From: Abditibacterium sp.
GTDB taxonomy: Bacteria > Armatimonadota > Abditibacteriia > Abditibacteriales > Abditibacteriaceae
Direction of reading: 5' to 3'
NCBI GenBank assembly: GCA_965199495.1
Contig: CBDASK010000003.1
Location: 480,001 to 544,000 of the forward strand
DNA length: 64,000 bases
Each line of letters starts with the position of its first letter. The first letter of the stretch is position 1. The translations under genes and the position numbers were made by a program. The notes under the pieces were generated by a model. It was not told the origin of the DNA, did not search any database, and saw only the letters and a program-made list of their open reading frames with translations. Shown here in pieces: positions 19,849 through 28,726 of this stretch.

Positions 19849-22800
19849 GCAGCAATAAAACGCCCAAATTTACCACGCACCGGCCCAACCCGCTGCACAT
19901 GATTCATCGGTGGAGCATCGAGCATCCGCCGATTGTGATCGCGCTTTTCATCGCGATTATGGCAATGGCGTTCATCGCGATTCGCACCATGCCGCGCCGC
20001 TTCGCGCCCTACGTCGAAAGCCCGCTCATTGGCGTCGTCACCATGCAGCCGGGGTTGTCGGCGCAGGAGATGGAACTCTACATTTCCAAGCCCATCGAAG
20101 AGCAACTCATCAACGTCAAGGGGCTGCGATTCATCCGTTCCAACTCGCAAAGCGGCTTCTCGATTGTGACTTTGGAATTCCCCTACGGCACCAATATGCA
20201 GCGCGCTTTGACGGATGTGCAATCGCTGATGAACGTGACGCAATCGAATTTGCCGGTCACGGGCGCCAATCTCAAGCCGTCGTTCGTGGTGCCGATTGAC
20301 CCACTCAATTTGCCGGTCGTTTCGCTCAGTCTGCGCGGCGACGCCAGCAAAGGCTGGGACGAAACGCGCATCCGCGAATTCGCCGACAACACCGTTATCA
20401 ATCGCCTCAAAGCCGTGCCCAACGTCTATTCGGTCGTACCGTTTGGCGGCTATCGTCGGCAGATGCAAGTGACGGTTGACCGCGAGAAATTGGCGTCTTA
20501 CAAGTTGTCGATTATAGACGTGAAAGACGCGATTGATCGTTTCAACGTCTCGCGTCCTGGCGGCACTTTGACCGACGGCCCCAGCGAAGCCATCGTGCGC
20601 GTGGACAGCCGCGTTCAATCGCTGCAGGACATTCTCAACACGCCGATAAAAACCGTTGATGGCAGCGCGATGAGCAACACCAACAGCGCCTCGAACGCCG
20701 CGCCGCGCGTGGTTTATGTGCGCGACGTGGCTGCTGTTGCCGATACGCATTTCGAGCGCCGTAGCGCCTATCATTTCCTGAAAAACGAGCCGGACAAAGA
20801 GGGCGAAATCATTCCCTCGATTGAGGTTTCGGTCATCCAAAATCCTGGCGCGAGTTCGGCTCAGGTCGTGCCCGCCGTGATGGAAGTCGTGCGCCAACTC
20901 GAACGCGAAAATCCTGGCCTCACTTTCGAGGCCGCCTACGATAACGCCGATTTCGTGACGATTCTCTTCGAGAACGTCTGGCACGAATTGGGATTGGCAG
21001 TTTTGCTGACCGGCATCGCGGTTCTGCTGTTTCTGGGCGAATGGCGCGGAACTCTCATCGCCATGATTACGCTGCCGACGAGTCTGGCCTTCGCAGTTTT
21101 GATGATGGTGCCGTTCGGCATGACCTTCAATTCGGGCACTTTGATTGGCCTCTTGCTTTCTATCGGGCGATTGGTGGACGATTCGATTATCGACATTCAC
21201 GCGGTCGAGAGGCATTTGCGCATGGGCAAAGACCCGAAAACCGCCACCATTGACGGCATCGCCGAAGTGCGCGTTGCCGTCATCGCCTCGACCGCGATGA
21301 TCGTGTTGGCGCTTCTGCCGCTACTCTTATCGGGCGGCATCGTCGGCCTGATGTTCGTCGAATTGGTGTGGCCGATTATCTTCGGTTTGGTCGCCTCGAT
21401 GCTGGTTTCGTTTACGCTCACGGCGCTGTTGTGCGCCAAATTGTTGCGCCCCGAAAGCGCGCGTGAAGCCGACCGCAAGGTGCCAGTTTTGAAGTGGCTT
21501 TATCTGATTCTCGACCCGATTCAAAACGGCTTGGATCGCATGGAACGGGGCTACGGACGCGTTATCGCGTGGATGTTGAAGCATCGGTTCGCTAACCTCG
21601 CGCGCGTCGGCGCGACGGTGATTCTGGGCTTTACTTTCTACTATTTCATCGGTAGCGAAATGATGCCACTCGCCGATGTCGGGCAGGCCAACGGTTTCAT
21701 GGAAATGCAGCCGGGGACTTCGTTCGAGCAAACCGAAAAAGCTGTCGGCCAACTTGAAAAAATTATGCTGAAGCATCCCGAATTGGAGAAAGCCAGCATT
21801 GAAATCGGGGCAGAATCAATGTTCGAGAGCTTCACGCCATTTTACACCGGCTACCAGATGCCGCAGGTCAATGGCGCCTCGATGATGCTGACGTTCTCGG
21901 ATAAAGACGCGCGCGACAAAACGATCTGGCAGGTTTTAGACGCGGTTCACGCCGAGGCCGTGGCGACGATTCCGGGTTTGCGGCGCTTGCAAATCAAGGA
22001 AATGGGCAGCGACGTGATGGCGACCGCCGCCGCGCCGATTCACGTTAATATCTACGGGCCGGATTTGAACCAACTCGACCAAATCGCGGGTGAAACGCTG
22101 GCAACCGCCAAGAAAATGCCCGACCTATTTCAGCCGGCGACGACTTCAATCATGGGTTTGCCCGACTACGAAGTGCGCGTTGACCCGCAGCGCGCCGCCG
22201 AAGTCGGGTTGTCGCCCGAAAACATTTCGCAGCAAGCCTATTACGCCTTACGCGGCGGCCTGACTAACGAGTTCTATCGCCAGCCCAATCTGCGCCAGAA
22301 CACGATTTTGGTGCGTTACGCCGCCAAAGCTCGCGCGACTTTTGGCGACTTAGAAAACCTTTATATCGCGGCGGCCAACGGCACGCAGATTCCGCTCAAA
22401 TCGGTGGCGACAATCGAGCGTAGCGTGGCGCCGACTGTTATCGAACACGATATGTTGCAGCGCGTCGTCGGCGTGACCGGTTACTATCGCCCTCATCATC
22501 TGCCTTCGATGGACGTGGTGATGCAATTGGTCGCCAACGCTTACGGCGGCAACGCCAAATTGGGCGCCCAGCCGGTCAATTTTCCGCCTGGCTACGGCAT
22601 GGAAATGCGCGGCGACATGACGCAGATGATGGAGAGTTTCCGCCGCCTGATGAACGGTTTGTGGCTCGCCCTCGCGTTCATGTATCTGGTTCTGGTGATC
22701 CAGTTTCGCGGCTTCTTGCAGCCGCTTCAGATGATCGCCAGTCTGCCGCTCGAACTCGCCGGAGTTTTTATCGCGTTGTGGCTCGCGGGCCAGGCGTTTT

Positions 22801-23318
22801 CGACGGTGTCGCTGCTGGGCATTATCATCCTGACAGGCATGGACATCACGACGGCGGTTTTGCTGATCGATTTGATCATGAAATACCGCGACCGAGGCGT
22901 GCCGCGCGACCAAGCGATTATCGAGGCGTGCCCGCAGCGCTTGCGCCCGATTCTGATGACGGCGGGCATCGCGGTTATCGTCTTGCTACCCATCGCCATC
23001 GCGCCGCGCACCGGCCTCGATGCCTACCAACCGCTCGCGACGGCGGTCGTCGGCGGCCTCATCGTCGGCACGATTTTGAGCCTGTTCGACCTGCCGATTA
23101 TGCACACCTACGTGGACGATTTGACGCGCTGGCTGCACCGCACATTTCTGGGCCGCGAGTGGAGTTGGCCAGTCACGGAAAGCGATGAGAACGCCGAAGT
23201 GTTGGCCACCGATGCCGAAAGCGGTTTCGACGGGCCGCATTTCCCAGGGCCAAACGGCAATGGAAACGGCGTGAATGGATCGAAAGCAACGGTCGGGAGC
23301 GAGCGTGATGCCTTTTGA
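19845..23318 (+). CDS. RND efflux permease (AcrB/CusA superfamily)
   Basis: 1157 aa with GRLVDDSII (TM4), RLRPILMT and PLATAVVGGL; translationally coupled to the adaptor. Confidence 0.93.
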   Translation: MSSNKTPKFTTHRPNPLHMIHRWSIEHPPIVIALFIAIMAMAFIAIRTMPRRFAPYVESPLIGVVTMQPGLSAQEMELYISKPIEEQLINVKGLRFIRSNSQSGFSIVTLEFPYGTNMQRALTDVQSLMNVTQSNLPVTGANLKPSFVVPIDPLNLPVVSLSLRGDASKGWDETRIREFADNTVINRLKAVPNVYSVVPFGGYRRQMQVTVDREKLASYKLSIIDVKDAIDRFNVSRPGGTLTDGPSEAIVRVDSRVQSLQDILNTPIKTVDGSAMSNTNSASNAAPRVVYVRDVAAVADTHFERRSAYHFLKNEPDKEGEIIPSIEVSVIQNPGASSAQVVPAVMEVVRQLERENPGLTFEAAYDNADFVTILFENVWHELGLAVLLTGIAVLLFLGEWRGTLIAMITLPTSLAFAVLMMVPFGMTFNSGTLIGLLLSIGRLVDDSIIDIHAVERHLRMGKDPKTATIDGIAEVRVAVIASTAMIVLALLPLLLSGGIVGLMFVELVWPIIFGLVASMLVSFTLTALLCAKLLRPESAREADRKVPVLKWLYLILDPIQNGLDRMERGYGRVIAWMLKHRFANLARVGATVILGFTFYYFIGSEMMPLADVGQANGFMEMQPGTSFEQTEKAVGQLEKIMLKHPELEKASIEIGAESMFESFTPFYTGYQMPQVNGASMMLTFSDKDARDKTIWQVLDAVHAEAVATIPGLRRLQIKEMGSDVMATAAAPIHVNIYGPDLNQLDQIAGETLATAKKMPDLFQPATTSIMGLPDYEVRVDPQRAAEVGLSPENISQQAYYALRGGLTNEFYRQPNLRQNTILVRYAAKARATFGDLENLYIAAANGTQIPLKSVATIERSVAPTVIEHDMLQRVVGVTGYYRPHHLPSMDVVMQLVANAYGGNAKLGAQPVNFPPGYGMEMRGDMTQMMESFRRLMNGLWLALAFMYLVLVIQFRGFLQPLQMIASLPLELAGVFIALWLAGQAFSTVSLLGIIILTGMDITTAVLLIDLIMKYRDRGVPRDQAIIEACPQRLRPILMTAGIAVIVLLPIAIAPRTGLDAYQPLATAVVGGLIVGTILSLFDLPIMHTYVDDLTRWLHRTFLGREWSWPVTESDENAEVLATDAESGFDGPHFPGPNGNGNGVNGSKATVGSERDAF

Positions 23319-23836
23319 AAACCGCGCCCTCAAACCAGCAGCCACGTCGCCGTTGGCTGCGCATCGGGCCAGGCGTTTTGCTCGCCTTAACCGCTATCGC
23401 GTGGAGCTGGCCAACTCTGTTTCCGCCCGACAAACCGCCGGTCGCCCTACGCACATTAACCGCGACGAAAAACGCGCCGCCTTCGGCGCCCGACCCGACG
23501 TGGCTGCTGTCGAAGCGCAGCGAACTCCAAATGACCGACGCGCAATTCCAGAAGTTAAGCGCGCTTCAACAACGATTTGCGCGCGACACGCGCGAATTGC
23601 AAACCTCAATTGACGCCGCCACGAGCGACTTCGGTGGCGCCATGAACGCCGGTAACGCCGCGACGATGGAACAATTGCAAACGCGCGCGGCACCTTTATC
23701 GGAATTGTCGAGCCAGATGGCGAGCGCGCGCCGCGCCTGGTGGAGCGAGGCGTCGCTGGCGCTTGATGCGGCCCAGCGCAAAAACGCGCAAGCCGCGTGG
23801 AGTCGGCATTTAGCGAGACGCGCCCGAACTCGATAG
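23315..23836 (+). CDS. Membrane-anchored helical periplasmic protein (Spy/CpxP-like)
   Basis: One TM, ELQMTDAQFQKL and LDAAQRK (LTxxQ-like) motifs; overlaps the permease stop. Confidence 0.55.
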   Translation: MKTAPSNQQPRRRWLRIGPGVLLALTAIAWSWPTLFPPDKPPVALRTLTATKNAPPSAPDPTWLLSKRSELQMTDAQFQKLSALQQRFARDTRELQTSIDAATSDFGGAMNAGNAATMEQLQTRAAPLSELSSQMASARRAWWSEASLALDAAQRKNAQAAWSRHLARRARTR

Positions 23837-23888
23837 AAACGGCAAACCAGAAAGCAATGCCGCTCTAAAACTCACGACATTCAAATCC

Positions 23889-25232
23889 ATGAAAAACCTA
23901 CTTCTAACCCTGCTGCTCGCCGCGCCCGCGCTGGCCCAAACGCCCGACGTGTTGCCCAGCGACGCGGTTGTGCCCGCGACGTTACGAGAACGTCCCTCTG
24001 TTGAGGGCGCGCTCACGCTGCAAGAGGCGACGCGGTTCGCCTTAGACAACAGCCCGATCACGCGCGGTGGTGTGGCCGAACTCGACATCGCGCAGGCGCG
24101 CATTCGGTCGGCTCAAGCGGAGCGTAAGTTCAGCGTTTCGGCCACGACGTTCCTCACGGCGGGCAACGAAAATGGCCCGATTTATAACTCGCCCCTGGGC
24201 GTGACGCCGCAGAATCTGTTCACCGTGCCAAGCGGCGGATTCGCCGATCAAAACGTGATGTTCATGTTGCCGCTTTTGACCGGCGGGCGCTTGCAGGCTC
24301 TGACGCGCCAAGCGCAGTTAGCACGCGACGCTTCGGCCTTCGATTTGGAAGGGTTGCGGCTCGATGTGACGCTGGAAACGCACCGCGCCTACCTTGCGGC
24401 GCTGTTGGCGCTCGAAACCCAAAATGTGGCCAGCGCGCGCGAAAAGGCGACGCTGGAAACCCTGGAAAATGACCGCGTGGCGCTACGCGTGGGCCGCGTG
24501 CCCCAACTCTACGTGTTGCGCGACGAGGCCGAGTATGCCGACGCCCAGCAGAGCGCGACCGACAGCGCGCGCGACGTGGAAATCGCCTTAATTTCTCTGC
24601 GCGCGGTCATGGGCGCCGCCGCCGACTCAACGTTTACGCTGCCAGATGCGCTCGCCGCTCCACCCGCGCCCGCGCCTTTAGCCCAAGCGGTGGCGCTCGC
24701 CCTGGCCCAACGCCCCGAAATTCTGGGCGCGCGCAAACGGCTCGAAAGCTCGCGTCAGGGCGAAGTCGCCGCCAAAGGCGCTTCTAAATTGCAGGCGTCG
24801 CTAATGGGAATGGGCGACCTGAGCCGTTCGCGCCGCAGTTCGGCCAGCGGCGTTTCGGTCGGCCTGATTTTGGGCATTCCGCTTTTCGATGGCGGACTGC
24901 GCCGCGCCGACCGCGAAGTGGCCAGCGGTGAGACCGCGCGCGCGCAGGCCGAACTCGAACGCCTGGAAATCACTGTCGAAAGCGAAGTCGCCAGCACGCA
25001 GGTCACGCTTGGGGCCGCACTCAAAAACGTCGGCACCGCCCAAAGCGCGCTCGAAGCGGCCCAGGAATCCTATCGTTTGGCGTTGCTGCGTTACCAGAGC
25101 GGTCGCTCGACTAACGCCGAAGCCCTCGACTCGTTGGCCGCGCTGACCAGAGCGCGCACCAACGTGGCGCGCGCGCTCTATCAAGCGCAAATCGCCGCCG
25201 ACCAACTCGCACGCGCCAGCGGCTCTCTGTAA
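23889..25232 (+). CDS. TolC-family outer membrane efflux protein
   Basis: Signal peptide, LPLLTGG, IPLFDGG and RYQSGRSTNAEALD. Confidence 0.9.
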   Translation: MKNLLLTLLLAAPALAQTPDVLPSDAVVPATLRERPSVEGALTLQEATRFALDNSPITRGGVAELDIAQARIRSAQAERKFSVSATTFLTAGNENGPIYNSPLGVTPQNLFTVPSGGFADQNVMFMLPLLTGGRLQALTRQAQLARDASAFDLEGLRLDVTLETHRAYLAALLALETQNVASAREKATLETLENDRVALRVGRVPQLYVLRDEAEYADAQQSATDSARDVEIALISLRAVMGAAADSTFTLPDALAAPPAPAPLAQAVALALAQRPEILGARKRLESSRQGEVAAKGASKLQASLMGMGDLSRSRRSSASGVSVGLILGIPLFDGGLRRADREVASGETARAQAELERLEITVESEVASTQVTLGAALKNVGTAQSALEAAQESYRLALLRYQSGRSTNAEALDSLAALTRARTNVARALYQAQIAADQLARASGSL

Positions 25233-25274
25233 TCAACGGGCCAAGTCGCACCCGACTCGGCTTCGATACTCAAA

Positions 25275-25655
25275 ATGAGTTCGGCAGCACCGGACACCGC
25301 CGCGCCCGGCACGACTTTTGGTTTGGTCGCCTCGATTCCGGTTTTTACCGGCGGCAGAAAACGTGAGCAGTTGGCGCTCGAAATTGCGCAGAGCGTGCAG
25401 GCCGCCTACCTCAACTTGAACGCCGCCGAGCAGAACGTGACGACGGCGCGTGTCGCTTTGACTTCGGCGCGCGAAGATTACCGCGTCGCACAAATCCGCT
25501 ATCAATCGGGCCGCAGCACAATCGTGGACGCGCTCGACGCCCTCGCTTCGCGCACGCGCGCACAAAGTAATCTGGTGCAAGCGTTGTTCGCCTACAACGT
25601 CGGGCGCGATACTCTGCTGCGCGCGGTCGGCGAATTGGTGCCGCCTGGCGGCTGA
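25275..25655 (+). pseudogene. C-terminal fragment of a second TolC paralogue
   Basis: IPVFTGG...RYQSGRSTIVDALDA; only 126 aa, no signal peptide, with an internal deletion relative to the upstream TolC. Confidence 0.7.
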
Positions 25656-25665
25656 AGATCGAATT

Positions 25666-26535
25666 ATGAACCCACATTCATTTCATCAGAAAACTCTAAC
25701 GGCGCTTAGCGTTCTCATCTGTGGCGCGGGAGGCATAGGCATCGGGCGGGCGTTAGATGGAGCGCAAGAGTTTTTTTCCTTTGCCGGTTTCGATTGCCCA
25801 ATTACCCACAGAGGAGTATTTCCTCAAGATTGGGCGGAGGCTCGATTGATCGAACTCAATCACAATTTTGCTGACATCGAAAAAGCTATTCTTCAAATCG
25901 TTAGCTGGCGATACTTTTTAGATAAGCCCGAACTATTCGAGCCGACACTCAATCGTCTGCAACTCATTTTGGCGCCAGCCGGTTGGACGGTAGAAATGGA
26001 CGGAATCTCGCCTTACTTGCGTCAACTGCCTCCATCGTTCCAGTTGCAAAAAGCGACGGTATTACCGATGCAACCGACGCCGGAGTTTGGTAAGATTTGC
26101 GGCGATGAAACTTGGATCAAAGTTCTGCGCGCCCGCTGGGACGAAGCGGAAAGATGTATCGCCGCCGATGCTCCGGTGATGGCGATTGTCGCGTTGGGCA
26201 GCATTTTGGAAGGCGCGCTCAAAGCGACTGCCGACCGCTTTCCCAGCGCAGCCAATCAAGCCAACAAAGCGCCCAAAGATGCGGCGAGTGGCAAAGCCAA
26301 ACCTTTCCGAGATTGGACGTTTTTCGATTTCATTCAGGTTGCCCAAGAGTTAGGCTGGATTGGCAACGACACAACGCGCCTGGGACAAGCAGTGCGCGAA
26401 TACCGCAATTTGGTTCATCCCGCAGAGCAAGTGAAGGCTGGGGAGTTTCCGACGCAAGGCTCGGCGCGCGCTTGCCGCGAAGCCGTGTTAGCCAGCTTAG
26501 AAAATCTCATTGGTTGGCTCGAAACTCAATCTTGA
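25666..26535 (+). CDS. AbiJ-like/HEPN-domain protein
   Basis: C-terminal LGSILEG...REYRNLVHP (RxxxxH HEPN signature); N-terminus resembles abortive-infection N-terminal domains. Confidence 0.6.
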   Translation: MNPHSFHQKTLTALSVLICGAGGIGIGRALDGAQEFFSFAGFDCPITHRGVFPQDWAEARLIELNHNFADIEKAILQIVSWRYFLDKPELFEPTLNRLQLILAPAGWTVEMDGISPYLRQLPPSFQLQKATVLPMQPTPEFGKICGDETWIKVLRARWDEAERCIAADAPVMAIVALGSILEGALKATADRFPSAANQANKAPKDAASGKAKPFRDWTFFDFIQVAQELGWIGNDTTRLGQAVREYRNLVHPAEQVKAGEFPTQGSARACREAVLASLENLIGWLETQS

Positions 26536-27341
26536 ATCGGACGCGACGCGGTTTGTTTTACGAACTGCCACAACAGAATCAACCCGCAAACGCCGATGAA
26601 TAAGCTCGCCCATTGGCCCGAACTGAGCGGGCCAAAATAGGTTTCGTCGGCGCGGAAGAAATCGGTTGCAAAGCGCGCGAATCCGTAAAACGCCAGAAAT
26701 ATCGCCGATAACCGTCCCTCTCGCGCTTCTCGCCACGCGACGTGGCTGCGTGCCACGTAGAGTAGCAATCCCCACAGCAACAGGTGCGAGACGGCCTCAT
26801 ACAACTGCGACGGATGGCGCGGTAAGCCGTCCACTTGCGGGAAAATCACGCCCCATTTGCCGCTCGTCGGTGCGCCGACTAATTCGCCGTTGATGAAGTT
26901 GGCGATTCTGCCGATACCCAAACCCAACGCCGAAGGAAAGGTCAGCGCGTCGGTGACTTGCCAGAAGCTCAAGCGAAACTTCCACACACCCCACACGACG
27001 GCCAGCAACACGCCCGCCAATCCGCCGAAGAACGCCATGCCGCCGTTCCAGATTTGAAGGGGAAACCAGATGTTCGCGCGCCAGACATCCAGGTTTTGCA
27101 GCACATAACCGATGCGCCCACCCAAAACCACGCCCGCGACTAACGCCATAATCAGCGCGTCCAGCTTGCGGGGATTGAGATTGGCAATGCGCCCATTGAC
27201 CGCCACACGCCGCAGGGTGAGGTAAGCCAGCGCGAAACTCAAAACATAAGCGAAACCATACCAGCGTAAGCCGACGGTTTGGCCGTGCCACCGCAAGCTG
27301 ACGATAAACGGCGATAAGTTGTGGGTGTAAATCCAGGGCAT
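26526..27341 (-). CDS. lgt: Prolipoprotein diacylglyceryl transferase
   Basis: LRWYG, GGRIGY, GGMAFFGG, GRIANFINGELVG and RHPSQLYE. Confidence 0.93.
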   Translation of the reverse strand: MPWIYTHNLSPFIVSLRWHGQTVGLRWYGFAYVLSFALAYLTLRRVAVNGRIANLNPRKLDALIMALVAGVVLGGRIGYVLQNLDVWRANIWFPLQIWNGGMAFFGGLAGVLLAVVWGVWKFRLSFWQVTDALTFPSALGLGIGRIANFINGELVGAPTSGKWGVIFPQVDGLPRHPSQLYEAVSHLLLWGLLLYVARSHVAWREAREGRLSAIFLAFYGFARFATDFFRADETYFGPLSSGQWASLFIGVCGLILLWQFVKQTASRPIQD

Positions 27342-27418
27342 CGGCAGGGCATTAGATTTTAGCGCATCATACCTCCTACCACTATAAAAAGTGCAAAGTA
27401 TCTGCGACCAGCTACAGG

Positions 27419-27685
27419 CTAAAATTCTCCTTCTTTGCGCCGTTTCCAGCGCAGTCGCTGCGATTCGGCGATTTTGGCTTTGGCGGCATCGCTCGTTAGA
27501 ACGCCTTTGCGTCGTCCGGTGCGCTCTCTGGGTGTCCAATTTTGGGCATCAATCCGGTGAATAGCCACGCGGCCCACCAACGTAGTCGCGGCCAGGCGCC
27601 CGTCGTGGACAGCTTTATAAACGGCGTTACGAGAAACACCTTTGACAGTTGCGACCTGATTGACTGTGAGAAACTCGTCTTGCAT
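27419..27685 (-). CDS. Excisionase-like HTH protein with NUMOD3-like basic tail
   Basis: FLTVNQVATVKGVSRNAVYKAVHDGRL; tail KGVLTSDAAKAKIAESQRLRW. Confidence 0.7.
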   Translation of the reverse strand: MQDEFLTVNQVATVKGVSRNAVYKAVHDGRLAATTLVGRVAIHRIDAQNWTPRERTGRRKGVLTSDAAKAKIAESQRLRWKRRKEGEF

Positions 27686-27847
27686 AAATTTTACTTTGCT
27701 TCACTTTAGCAGAAAATCACTTTTTTGGCCTTCCTCAATTCGGAAAATCAAAAGACTGCCGGCATAACACGGAGGTAAACTTTTGGATTCCGAGCGATCA
27801 CAGAATTTTTGCAGGTTGCAATCCAAAGGAATCGGAAGCCAAATACA

Positions 27848-28612
27848 ATGAACAAAGATCAGAATCAGGATTACTCCGTTGTCGAACGCGCACTCGAAGA
27901 ATTGGAATTTTTGAACGCGACGGATGAACAGATTCGACAACTCCAAGAACAGCAAAAGCAGCGCAAAGCCGATATGATCGTGGAACTAAGCCAAAAGTTG
28001 AAGCAAGTTCCTCTGGAACAGGCCAATGTTGTAGCGTCGAACGCATACTGGGCCGACCCAAAACTAGCGGATGCGGTGAGAAAAGCCTATCTTTCTGGAA
28101 CAAATCGTGGATTTGTTCCACTCTCGATGCCCACAGAAATTGCTTGTGAGCGTTGCGGTAACTTGATCACGGCGACGAGTTGGACAAATTATAAAGACAT
28201 CGTGAGTCGTGCCGAACACCGTGAGAAAGAAGCAGCGTATCGTTGGGGCGAACAACTTTGTCTGTCTTGCGCCGAAGCGAAACGCGCTAAAAGAGACGAA
28301 GAAAGCGCAGCTTACTTTGATTGTTGGGAGGAAGAATGCGAAGCCGCCGAACGCGAACGAGAGCAGAGAGAAGCCGAACTCCAACAAATGTCCGGCGATG
28401 AGTATTTTCAAACCGAACACTGGCAACTTCTCGCCCAGGCGGTCGTGAAAAAAGCGGGATACCGTTGCCAATTGTGCAATACAGGCGGAATTCTCAACGT
28501 TCACCTCCACACTCAAGAAGTCCGTGGTCGTGAGTCGCTGGCGGACTTAGTTGTCTTGTGCCAACAATGCTCCGGCTCTTATCAGTTGATCGAGGAAATA
28601 CGAAAATCTTAG
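27848..28612 (+). CDS. Zn-finger/HNH endonuclease-like protein
   Basis: CERC and CLSC pairs; C-terminal YFQTEHW...CQLC...LNVHLH...GRE...LVVLCQQC. Confidence 0.65.
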   Translation: MNKDQNQDYSVVERALEELEFLNATDEQIRQLQEQQKQRKADMIVELSQKLKQVPLEQANVVASNAYWADPKLADAVRKAYLSGTNRGFVPLSMPTEIACERCGNLITATSWTNYKDIVSRAEHREKEAAYRWGEQLCLSCAEAKRAKRDEESAAYFDCWEEECEAAEREREQREAELQQMSGDEYFQTEHWQLLAQAVVKKAGYRCQLCNTGGILNVHLHTQEVRGRESLADLVVLCQQCSGSYQLIEEIRKS

Positions 28613-28726
28613 CTGAGAAAACTGAAGATAATTGGAACAATTTCGACCGCTTGCACATGGAATTAGTCTTTAGGAAAATATCACGGCAGTAAAATTCCAT
28701 TACAATGAGACAGAGCACCTTTCTTT

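Noticed and set aside
17908..21215. Long antisense ORFs (442 aa and 531 aa)
   Set aside because: Shadow frames of GC-rich RND genes with no recognisable motifs.
27341..27539. 337-aa extended lgt
   Set aside because: The extension overlaps the HTH gene; Lgt homology begins at MPWIYTHN.
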